A DNA stretch of 57,277 nt, taken from an uncultured Clostridia bacterium. Lineage in GTDB: Bacteria > Bacillota > Clostridia > Oscillospirales > Acutalibacteraceae. The notes beneath the pieces were generated by a model. The model was not told the DNA's origin, did not search any database, and was given only the letters and a program-made list of their open reading frames with translations. The DNA lies in contig CALWIX010000106.1 of assembly GCA_944380825.1 (NCBI GenBank), forward strand, positions 1 through 57,277, written 5' to 3'. The translations under genes were made by a program, and so were the position numbers. Within the stretch, counting starts at the first letter, position 1; the number at the start of each line of letters is the position of its first letter. Below are positions 1 to 8,409 of this stretch, piece after piece.

Positions 1-1528
1 CGATAAGATCGCCCTCCTCGACCAGTGCAATGGGACCGCCTTCGGCCGCTTCGGGAGATACATGACCGATTGCCGGGCCTCTTGACGCGCCGGAAAACCG
101 GCCGTCTGTGATCAAAGCGATAGAGGACGCAAGCATGGGATCGGAAGAAATCGCTTCGGTAGTATAGAACATTTCGGGCATCCCGCTCCCTTTGGGACCC
201 TCATAGCGAATAAACACCGCGTCGCCCGGCTGTACTTTATGCTTGAGCACTGCGTCGATAGCGTCTTCTTCACAGTCGTAGGGACGCGCGCGCAGGATCG
301 TATGGAACATCTCCTTCGGCGCAGCACTGTGCTTAATCACAGCGCCTTCCGGCGCAAGGTTGCCCTTTAGAATCGCGATGGTTCCGTTTGCGCCGATAGG
401 ATGATCAAAAGTGCGGATAACATCGGTACGCGTAAGACCAACGCGGCGCAGATATTCGTCGCACTTTTCATAGTAACCGCTCTTTTTTAGATCCTCCAAA
501 TTTTCCCCCAGCGTTTTTCCCGTTACCGTCATCGCGTCAAGATGGAGCATGCCCTTAATCTCCTCCATAATGATTGGCACGCCGCCGGCATAATAGAAAT
601 ACTGCGCAGGCCAACGTCCGGACGGACGGATGTCGAGCAGATAATGGGCGTGGCGATGCATCTTGTCAAATGTTTCGGCATCTATGGCAAGCCCAAATTC
701 GTGTGCGGCTGCCGGAAGGTGCAGCAGAGAATTGGTAGAACCAGAGATTGCTGCGTGAACCATGACGGCATTCTCAAAAGATTCCTTTGTCACCATATCA
801 CGCGGCCGCAGATTCCACTGGGCAAGCTTGACGGCCTGACGACCCGCGCGGACCGACACTTCGTACAAATCTTCACAGGTAGCGGGCATTAACGCGCTGC
901 CGGGGAGCATCAGGCCCAAGGCCTCAGCCATGATCTGCATCGTAGATGCTGTTCCCATAAAGGAACAGGAACCACAGGAAGGGCACGCATGTTGTTTGTA
1001 ATAATTTAATTTTTCCTCACTAATCTCGCCGCGCTGGTACATCGCGCTATACTTCCCAATCTGCTCCAAGGTGAGTAAATCCGGGCCGGCCTCCATCACT
1101 CCGCCGGTCACCATAATAGACGGGATATTCAAACGGCCGATCGCCATTAAATGTGCTGGAACCGCTTTATCACAGCTGGAAATAAACACGCCGGCGTCAA
1201 ACGTAGTGGCGTTGGCGTGGATCTCTATGAGGCTGCAAATAATATCGCGGGAAGCAAGCGAATAGCTGATCCCGTCGTGTCCCTGCGCCATGCCGTCGCA
1301 AATATCCGTAGCAAAATACCGGGCCGCTTTGCCGCCGCTGTGATTTATCCCGTTGACGGCGCCATCTACAAAGCGATGGAGATGGGCGCTTCCGGGATGG
1401 CTGTCGCCAAAGGTGCTTTCCACCAAGATCTGGGGTTTGGAAAGATCTTCCACCGTCCAACCCATGCCCATGCGCAGGGGATCCATTTCTGGGGCAATCT
1501 TCCGAACTTCTTGACTTCTATAATCCAA
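1..1528 (-). CDS. IlvD/Edd-family dehydratase (dihydroxy-acid or sugar-acid dehydratase); C-terminus cut by window edge
   Basis: Absent from the ORF track because no stop lies inside the window. My minus-strand translation reads MDYRSQEVRKIAPEMDPLRMGMGW...CPSCGSCSFMGTAST...ITDGRFSGASRGPAIGHVSPEAAEGGPIALVEEGDLI. These are the Fe-S cysteine and C-terminal signatures of the IlvD/Edd family. TTG start at 1528 is preceded by GGAGGAAG (1533-1540). Confidence 0.85.
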   Translation of the reverse strand, partial: MDYRSQEVRKIAPEMDPLRMGMGWTVEDLSKPQILVESTFGDSHPGSAHLHRFVDGAVNGINHSGGKAARYFATDICDGMAQGHDGISYSLASRDIICSLIEIHANATTFDAGVFISSCDKAVPAHLMAIGRLNIPSIMVTGGVMEAGPDLLTLEQIGKYSAMYQRGEISEEKLNYYKQHACPSCGSCSFMGTASTMQIMAEALGLMLPGSALMPATCEDLYEVSVRAGRQAVKLAQWNLRPRDMVTKESFENAVMVHAAISGSTNSLLHLPAAAHEFGLAIDAETFDKMHRHAHYLLDIRPSGRWPAQYFYYAGGVPIIMEEIKGMLHLDAMTVTGKTLGENLEDLKKSGYYEKCDEYLRRVGLTRTDVIRTFDHPIGANGTIAILKGNLAPEGAVIKHSAAPKEMFHTILRARPYDCEEDAIDAVLKHKVQPGDAVFIRYEGPKGSGMPEMFYTTEAISSDPMLASSIALITDGRFSGASRGPAIGHVSPEAAEGGPIALVEEGDLI

Positions 1529-1827
1529 TGTGACTTCCTCCTATGCGGGCCGACAACCCATAACTGTTTTATACTCCGCCAATAATCATCAGATGATTTT
1601 TTAAAAATATATCATTTTTTTATAATAATGTCAATTTTTATCTTATAAAATAAAAAATATTAAAAAGATCATATGATAACCTTCTAAATAGATCGGATGA
1701 TTTTTTATTTTATTTCTTTTTATCAAAAAGTTAAAAAAGAGCTTCCTTTTAAATCAGACAGTATGTTATAATAAAGATAATTATGTGTTTTTTTAGCTTT
1801 CTGGCACGCAATTTGGAGGGTATTTGT

Positions 1828-3183
1828 ATGAAAAAGCATTTTGATGAAAAAAGCCGGCTGTTCTATCGATCGGTTGTAGCGCTCGTCCTGCCGATGGCGC
1901 TGCAAAACTTGATTAATGTCGCCGTGACTTCAGCGGATGTAGCGATGCTTGGCTGGGTGGGGGAAACGGTGCTTTCCGCTTCTTCTCTGGCGGGACAGGT
2001 GCAGTTCGTTATGACGATGTTTTTCTTTGGTCTGACCTCCGGCGCGTCGGTCCTTACGGCACAGTACTGGGGAAAAGGAGATACAAATACCATTGAAAAA
2101 GTAGTCGGCATCGCTATGCGCTTTTCTCTGTGCATCGGGCTTTTGTTTACGGTGGCGGCGTTGTGCATTCCGGAGATGCTGATGCGAATCTTTACCTCGG
2201 AGGACGCTGTGATCTCGGAGGGTGTCGTTTACTTACGGATTGTAGCCCCCTCTTACTTGCTCATCTCGATTACAATGATCTATCTAAATATCATGCGCAG
2301 CGTCGAGAGGGTTATTATCTCCACCGTCGTCTATTCCATCTCGCTTGTGAGTAATATATGCATCAATGGTGTACTGATTTTCGGGTTGTTCGGTTTTCCC
2401 AAAATGGGCATCGCGGGTGCAGCCATCGGCACTACAATATCCCGTGCCATCGAACTTGTTATTGTAGTAGTTTATTCGGCAAAGAATCCCGTTGTTAAAA
2501 TTCGTCCCAAACTTCTTTTCGTGCACGATAAACTTCTATTCCGTGATTTTCTTCGCTACTCCATCCCCGTTACACTCAACGAATTGATGTGGGGGGCCGG
2601 GTTCTCGATGAACTCCGTGGTAATCGGCCATCTGGGCAGCACGGTGGTCGCTCCCAACTCCGTTGCGCAGGTAGCAAGGCAGCTTGCCACGGTAGTGGCG
2701 TTTGGCATTGCGAATGCCGCCGCTATCATGATCGGCAAGGCTATCGGGGAGGATGACAACCAGCGCGCTGAGGAATACGGAAGGCGTTTTATTCGTCTGA
2801 CACTGATCGCCGGAGCAGCTGGTGGACTTGTGATTTTAGCTTTAAGGCCCTTCATCGCTTCGGCGATGAACCTTTCGGCTCAAGCTCAGGAGTACCTCTC
2901 CTTTATGCTCATCGTTATGTCCTATTACGTTATAGTCCAAGCCTACAATACCACTATGGTGGTAGGCATCTTCCGTGCAGGCGGCGATACAAAATTCGGT
3001 CTCATACTGGATGTTTCGAGCATGTGGGGGTGCTCCATTCTGTTCGGTTTTTTGTGCGCCTTTGTTTGGAAGCTGCCCGTATATGTTGTCTATCTCGTGC
3101 TGATGAGCGACGAAATCATCAAAATCCCGTTGACTACTTGGCGTTACCGTACAAAATGCTGGCTGCGCAATGTCACCCGATAG
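1828..3183 (+). CDS. MATE-family efflux transporter
   Basis: Multi-pass hydrophobic protein with MATE-type N-terminus (LPMALQNLINVAVTSADVAMLG, TAQYWGKGD). ATG 1828 follows GGAGGG (1815-1820); the upstream in-frame ATG 1783 of the track ORF has no RBS. Confidence 0.9.
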   Translation: MKKHFDEKSRLFYRSVVALVLPMALQNLINVAVTSADVAMLGWVGETVLSASSLAGQVQFVMTMFFFGLTSGASVLTAQYWGKGDTNTIEKVVGIAMRFSLCIGLLFTVAALCIPEMLMRIFTSEDAVISEGVVYLRIVAPSYLLISITMIYLNIMRSVERVIISTVVYSISLVSNICINGVLIFGLFGFPKMGIAGAAIGTTISRAIELVIVVVYSAKNPVVKIRPKLLFVHDKLLFRDFLRYSIPVTLNELMWGAGFSMNSVVIGHLGSTVVAPNSVAQVARQLATVVAFGIANAAAIMIGKAIGEDDNQRAEEYGRRFIRLTLIAGAAGGLVILALRPFIASAMNLSAQAQEYLSFMLIVMSYYVIVQAYNTTMVVGIFRAGGDTKFGLILDVSSMWGCSILFGFLCAFVWKLPVYVVYLVLMSDEIIKIPLTTWRYRTKCWLRNVTR

Positions 3184-3210
3184 TCTTGCAATCCTGTGTT
3201 GGAAAAGAGA

Positions 3211-3882
3211 ATGTATGAAATGAAAACTTCCCGAATAACCGCTTGGGACTATCTTTGGTATGCACTGTATGCTTTTGCTGGTTTGGGGATAGAGCTCCTC
3301 CTTTTGAGCGTTTTAGAGCCTGTCCTGTTTTGTGGTGTCCAAAGTGATGAATACTCCGTTTTGCAGCGCATTCTTCATTGGTCTCTCACCATGGCCTGCT
3401 GGGGCGTTATCGGCCTTGTCCTGCTGTACTTTTCTAAAAAGAAGCTGGGATTCGACGTGCTGCAAAACAATGGATTCTCTTTCAGAGGTCTGCTTGGCGG
3501 TATCTTTTGGGTGGCCGCCTGTATTGCCCTAAACGTTTGGGACTGGGGGACGTTAAAAATTATCGGCGAATTTCAGCAGAAGGAGCCTATTGTATTTATT
3601 TTTCAATACCTTTACTATGCCTTTGAAATAGGGCTGGTTTTTCTAATTGTGGCATTCGGACAAGGCTTTGGAGAAAAACTGGTGGGGCGAAAAACCCGCT
3701 TTCCTCTGGGTGGCCTAGTGTTGTGCGTCACGTGGGGAGGAATCCATATTCTTTCGCAGCAAAGCGTGTACACCGGTTTGGGCGTAATGGCTTTTGGTAT
3801 TTTATATGGCCTTATTTATGTTTCCTTTGGCCGCAACGCAAAATATTCTTATGCGGCCATGCTGCTGGCATTTATCATTTAA
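3211..3882 (+). CDS. hypothetical multi-pass membrane protein
   Basis: 228-aa track ORF with several hydrophobic helices and no catalytic motif I recognise. Start is ambiguous (GTG 3196, ATG 3211, ATG 3220). Confidence 0.6.
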   Translation: MYEMKTSRITAWDYLWYALYAFAGLGIELLLLSVLEPVLFCGVQSDEYSVLQRILHWSLTMACWGVIGLVLLYFSKKKLGFDVLQNNGFSFRGLLGGIFWVAACIALNVWDWGTLKIIGEFQQKEPIVFIFQYLYYAFEIGLVFLIVAFGQGFGEKLVGRKTRFPLGGLVLCVTWGGIHILSQQSVYTGLGVMAFGILYGLIYVSFGRNAKYSYAAMLLAFII

Positions 3883-3974
3883 AATTCCCCACTCTTTTGG
3901 CATAAAAAGAGTGGGGAATTAGATATTGCAAAAGGCCAAGAAAGTCTGTGGGGGTAAAATAAGGAGGGGATTTT

Positions 3975-4859
3975 ATGCGCTACGATTTGACGTTTTATGG
4001 GACAGGGGCAGCGGAGGGGATTCCCTGCCCGTTTTGTGACTGTTTTCTGTGCAGGAATGCAAGGGAAAAGGGAGGAAAAGAAATCCGGAAACGTACGATG
4101 TTTCGGATTAACGAGGAAGCTTGCATCGATTTGGGTGCAGATTCCTTCGTGGAATCTCAAATGTACGGCGATTTTGTCCATCTTCAGCATGTCCTTATCA
4201 CACATACCCACGAAGATCATTTTGCTTACATGATGATGAATGTCCGCAACATGGCGTACACCCGCACAAATCAACCGCTTCATATTTACCTTACGGGGGA
4301 AGCCTTCGATATTGTCGATTTCTTCCGCGCGAGCAAGCCGCTGCTCAAGGGAAAGCTTGGACAAATAGAAGATGACGGCGTGGTACAGTTTCATAAACTG
4401 GAGTTCTGGAAAACCTATCAAATAGCTGGGATGGAGGTAACGCCGCTGCGCGGCAATCACCGTGGGAATATGGATGAAAACAGCGCTCTGTATTGGATCC
4501 AGCTTCCAAACGGCAAACGTCTTTTTTATGGGCTCGACACAGGATTCTACTTTCCCGAAACGTTCCGGTGGCTGGCGGACCATGTGCCCATCGATATTTT
4601 TATCAGCGAGTGCACCTACGGCACAAGTCCCGGCCGTGGCGATCATCCGGACGGTCATTTGGATTGGAACAGCTGTCTGCATCTGTTCCGGCAGCTTCTG
4701 AAGCAAGGAACTCTGCGTCCCGAATCGCACGTTTACCTCACCCACATCAATCACTGCCATAACGCCACCCATACAGATCTCTGCCGTATGGCCGAAAGGG
4801 AATCCACCCTCCCCTTTCCCATCACCATTACCTTCGATGGAATGCAAATTCCCGGCTAA
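3975..4859 (+). CDS. MBL-fold metallo-hydrolase
   Basis: HxHxDH motif (LITHTHEDHF). AAGGAGGGG RBS at 3961-3969. The longer antisense ORF 3879-4898 has no motif or RBS. Confidence 0.85.
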   Translation: MRYDLTFYGTGAAEGIPCPFCDCFLCRNAREKGGKEIRKRTMFRINEEACIDLGADSFVESQMYGDFVHLQHVLITHTHEDHFAYMMMNVRNMAYTRTNQPLHIYLTGEAFDIVDFFRASKPLLKGKLGQIEDDGVVQFHKLEFWKTYQIAGMEVTPLRGNHRGNMDENSALYWIQLPNGKRLFYGLDTGFYFPETFRWLADHVPIDIFISECTYGTSPGRGDHPDGHLDWNSCLHLFRQLLKQGTLRPESHVYLTHINHCHNATHTDLCRMAERESTLPFPITITFDGMQIPG

Positions 4860-4866
4860 AGCCGGA

Positions 4867-5616
4867 CTATATAGGGATGGATTTTTCCAAAAATTCAAGG
4901 AAGCTTTGGAGAGTTTCTTGCCTCTCCTTGGAAAGATAGTAAAAATGATAGGAACGCGCCGCCGTCAAAGTCGTGACGTGCGGCGCATTTTTTACATATT
5001 TTACTGAACCTTTTCCCACAAACTCATCTTTTCCGGACTGCCAAACTACTACGGGACAGAGTATCTTTGCGGGAAAAGTACGAACCTCTTTCGCCATACG
5101 GAAAAGTTCGCGGTATCTGGGAATCCACTGCGGCAAAATTCGCAGCGGCACACGCTGTGCCAGACAAAATGTCCTCTGTACCGCGCAAGATAGCGGATCC
5201 TCTCCGCACCTTCCTTGCAGCACCTTCCATCCATGAAAAATACCCGAAGGCTTTACACGGATGCAAAATGGAACCGCCAAAAGGAATACTCCCGCTATTT
5301 TCTCTGAAAAGGCAGCGGCCACCTCTATGGCAAGAAGCGCACCCATGGAATGACCCACTAAAAGAATTTTTTCATGCTTTTGACCGATTTCTTCGATTTG
5401 TCCGCGCACAAAAGCGCGCCACTGCGCCGCACTGCTGCGAGCAAAACTGTTTACTGCGCTGTCATGGCCCGGCAGACACAGGTTATACACCGCATATTCT
5501 TTCGGCACCACGTTAATAAAGTCTTCAAACTGCCGAGGACTTTCTAAAATCCCATGCAAAAACACAACCGCTCCCTGCGCGCCGCTGACTTTCCTGCTCC
5601 ACTGTGCTTTACTCAT
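4867..5616 (-). CDS. alpha/beta hydrolase (esterase/lipase type)
   Basis: HG oxyanion segment VVFLHGILESP and nucleophile elbow LVGHSMGALLA. Its ATG overlaps the stop of the upstream gene (ATGA at 5613-5616). Confidence 0.85.
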   Translation of the reverse strand: MSKAQWSRKVSGAQGAVVFLHGILESPRQFEDFINVVPKEYAVYNLCLPGHDSAVNSFARSSAAQWRAFVRGQIEEIGQKHEKILLVGHSMGALLAIEVAAAFSEKIAGVFLLAVPFCIRVKPSGIFHGWKVLQGRCGEDPLSCAVQRTFCLAQRVPLRILPQWIPRYRELFRMAKEVRTFPAKILCPVVVWQSGKDEFVGKGSVKYVKNAPHVTTLTAARSYHFYYLSKERQETLQSFLEFLEKSIPI

Positions 5617-5981
5617 TTACCCAGCCGCGCCCGCAGTTCCTTCACACGCGCTTCATGCGTTTGGATCGCGCGTTTGAGCCGTTCGACCATATCTTTCTGT
5701 TCGCTGTCTTTTTCACGCTCATAAGAATCGCGCAATTTAGCGAGACGCCCTTCCACATCTTCCAGTTCAATTTCCAGCGGAACTTCTTCTCCAAGCCCCA
5801 TGCCATAAATAGCTTTCATATTCTCCCGCGCTTCCTGATAACTTACTGTATCGTTATCCCGCAGCGCTAAACATTCTATCGCCTTAAGCAACAGGCGCTC
5901 AGCAGGTTCACCGCAGGTAATGCCGTGGAAAATCTCCGCCTGCAATCCATTGGCGCGCGCCATACGTTCTTTCTCATCCAT
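5613..5981 (-). CDS. hypothetical acidic coiled-coil protein (122 aa)
   Basis: Open frame translationally coupled to the hydrolase gene. Charged helical C-terminal half (EIELEDVEGRLAKLRDSYEREKDSEQKDMVERLKRAIQ). No family recognised. Confidence 0.6.
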   Translation of the reverse strand: MDEKERMARANGLQAEIFHGITCGEPAERLLLKAIECLALRDNDTVSYQEARENMKAIYGMGLGEEVPLEIELEDVEGRLAKLRDSYEREKDSEQKDMVERLKRAIQTHEARVKELRARLGK

Positions 5982-6075
5982 ATTTTTTAACCTTCCCGTC
6001 TATCTATCATTCTGTTTGAAGTATACCTGCAAACCTGCCCTATGTCAACTGGGCATCCTCTAAACATCAAAACAC

Positions 6076-6109
6076 CTCTTCCAGTTTTATTCCTATGGGA
6101 TTGGAAGAG
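6076..6109 (-). terminator. hairpin terminator after the DapA-family gene
   Basis: CTCTTCCA ... TGGAAGAG 8-bp stem followed on the minus strand by GTGTTTTG. Confidence 0.5.
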
Positions 6110-6125
6110 TCGCATGGAACGATTT

Positions 6126-7022
6126 TCACTTTACAACCGAAAGGCCTAACTCGGAAAGGGCTTCCCGCAACACTTGCTTTTCCTCCGGCAACAGCTCACA
6201 AATGGGGTCGAAACATTTTCCAACTTCCATCCCCTGCAAAATCATACCTTCTTTAATTCCCTGTGGAAAAGTTCCCTGATTGCATGCCGCGTGCAGCGGG
6301 AAAAAGCGCATTTGAGCCTCCAGAGCACCTTCTCTGTCTCCTGCTTGGAATTTATCATAAATATCGGCCAGAAGGCGCGGCGCCACATTGGCGCACGAAG
6401 CGATGGCTCCACATGCGCCGCAGCAAAGGCCCGCGAAAATCAACGTATCCTTCCCCAAGAGGACATGAAAATCCATTCCCTTTGTCAGCCGGATATACTC
6501 GAGCGTATTCGTAAAATCACCCGTACTGTCTTTAATTCCTACAATGTTATCCAGCTGCGCGAGACGGGCAGCCGTTTCGGGAGTTACGGTAACGTTTGTC
6601 TTGGGCCTATTGTTATAAATAATAATTGGAAGAAAGGTATTCTCTGAAACGGCTTTGTAAAACCCATACAGCTCCTGCTGCGTTTGAGAGGTAAACATTG
6701 GCGTCAGGACAGAGAGCGCATCGACGCCTGTCTCCTGTGCTATTTTCACCTGGGCAAGCATTTCTCTTGTTGTAATATGGGTCGCTCCGCCGTAAACCGG
6801 AACACGCCCCTTTACTTCGTCTACCACCGTCTCCAAAATATAGCGGTACTCACCGTGGTCAAACGCATAAAATTCACCGGTTGTGCCCAGTGGAAATAGA
6901 CCATGCACACCTTGTGCAATTAAGTAGTTTACGACCTTGCGCATCATTGATTCGTTGAATTTCCCCTCTTCCGTCACAGGAGTGACAATGGGGGGAATGA
7001 TCCCATATGGTATAAATCTCAT
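6126..7022 (-). CDS. DapA/N-acetylneuraminate-lyase-family class I aldolase (dihydrodipicolinate-synthase-like)
   Basis: GLFPLGTTGEFYAF (GTTGE motif) and NIVGIKDSTGDF (Schiff-base lysine context). 298 aa. Confidence 0.85.
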   Translation of the reverse strand: MRFIPYGIIPPIVTPVTEEGKFNESMMRKVVNYLIAQGVHGLFPLGTTGEFYAFDHGEYRYILETVVDEVKGRVPVYGGATHITTREMLAQVKIAQETGVDALSVLTPMFTSQTQQELYGFYKAVSENTFLPIIIYNNRPKTNVTVTPETAARLAQLDNIVGIKDSTGDFTNTLEYIRLTKGMDFHVLLGKDTLIFAGLCCGACGAIASCANVAPRLLADIYDKFQAGDREGALEAQMRFFPLHAACNQGTFPQGIKEGMILQGMEVGKCFDPICELLPEEKQVLREALSELGLSVVK

Positions 7023-7153
7023 TCTTTACCGCCTTTCCTCCCCGCATAGCAGGGAATTAAACCATCTTGGAGACTTATTCCTTAATTTTTTATAAATAGA
7101 AAAAAGAAAGGGCAGCCCTCATGGACCGCCCCCTCTTTAAAAGCCGTTATAAT

Positions 7154-8041
7154 TTAGTCGGCAATTTTGGTGCCAGAAACTTTTTCGTAATACTTTGCAA
7201 GGGCGCTGTGATCGTTCTGACCGAAGCCGTCGTGATGCAGGGTTTGGAGCATCTCCATTACCTCGGCGGTCAGCGGCAGCGGGGAGCCCACACCGTGCGC
7301 CGTTTCGAGGGCATTGTTCAGATCCTTAATGTGCAGATCGATCTTGAAGCCCGGCTTATAGTTTTCTTCCATCATCATTGGAGCCTTGGCGTTCATAACA
7401 GTAGAACCAGCCAGACCGCCCTTAATAGCATCAAATACCAGGTGCGGATCCACACCGGCCTTCTTCGCCAGCGTAAACGCTTCGGCAACAGCCGCGATAT
7501 TCAAAGCAACGATAACCTGGTTTGCAAGCTTAGTAGTGTTGCCTGCGCCGATGTCGCCGCAGTAAACAGCACTGCTTCCCATTACAAGCAGAAGATCCTT
7601 TACGCTTTCGAACAGGGCTTTGTCACCGCCAACCATAATCGCCAGTGTGCCATCGATAGCTTTGGGTTCACCGCCGCTGACAGGAGCATCCAGCATCTTG
7701 ACGCCCTTAGCTGCACAAGCCTTTTCAATTTCTTTGGAAGCGAGCGGAGCGATGGAGCTCATATCGATGAGAATCAGGCCCTCTTTTGCACCTTCCAGAA
7801 CGCCGTTTTCACCCATAACAACACTCTTCACATGCGGGGAGTTTGGCAGCATGGTGATTACGATCTCGCTCTGGGCCGCTACCTGTGCAGCGTTGTCAGC
7901 TGCCTTTGCACCAGCCTCAACCACCTCGGCGACGGCGTCGCGGTTGAGGTCGGTGACGACAAGCTCATAACCAGCTTTGAGCAAATTCTTGCTCATGGGC
8001 TTGCCCATAATTCCCAGGCCAACGAAACCAATCTTTTTCAT
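7154..8041 (-). CDS. garR: 2-hydroxy-3-oxopropionate (tartronate semialdehyde) reductase
   Basis: MKKIGFVGLGIMGKPMSKNLLKAGY Rossmann start. Colinear along its length with E. coli GarR as I remember it (LDAPVSGGEPKAIDGTL, GAGNTTKLANQVIVALNIAA, FKIDLHIKDLNNAL, DHSALAKYYEK). I prefer ATG 8041 (MKKIG) over the track start 8065. Confidence 0.9.
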   Translation of the reverse strand: MKKIGFVGLGIMGKPMSKNLLKAGYELVVTDLNRDAVAEVVEAGAKAADNAAQVAAQSEIVITMLPNSPHVKSVVMGENGVLEGAKEGLILIDMSSIAPLASKEIEKACAAKGVKMLDAPVSGGEPKAIDGTLAIMVGGDKALFESVKDLLLVMGSSAVYCGDIGAGNTTKLANQVIVALNIAAVAEAFTLAKKAGVDPHLVFDAIKGGLAGSTVMNAKAPMMMEENYKPGFKIDLHIKDLNNALETAHGVGSPLPLTAEVMEMLQTLHHDGFGQNDHSALAKYYEKVSGTKIAD

Positions 8042-8283
8042 TGTGAATTCATCCTTTCTAAACATCAGCCGTCTGATCCGACATCCTTTTTAGCGGATCA
8101 CGGCATAATTTCTTGTCTGCTATCATTATAGCCGCCATTTACACACTTTTCAAGAGGACAATGGAGTATTTTTGCATTTTTTAGAAAATTTTTTTCAAGA
8201 TCTTCCCTTGCTATTAAAAACAAGTTGTCTGACAAATATCAAACAAAAAGTGTTTCGATTTGAAGCAACTTTTTCAAAAACGA

Positions 8284-8313
8284 TTGACGAATAAAACCAT
8301 TTTCGTTTACAAT
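8284..8313 (+). promoter_or_regulatory. candidate promoter of the AKR-ferredoxin gene
   Basis: TTGACG, an 18-nt spacer, then TACAAT. The spacer is flanked by AAACGA ... TCGTTT. Confidence 0.45.
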
Positions 8314-8409
8314 TAAGAATAAGGCTTATTGGCAAATTATAGTTTTATTTTTGCCTATCTTTAAGATTACGGCGCAAATCTCTACTTTTTGAAAAAGGGG
8401 ACTTTCAGT

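Noticed and set aside
112-1585. Short track ORFs (112-327, 542-892, 1071-1265, 1151-1585, 1197-1460) in a region where the track shows no long gene.
   Set aside because: The region is fully explained by the 5'-complete, 3'-truncated IlvD/Edd dehydratase gene on the minus strand. The track omits that gene because it has no in-window stop.
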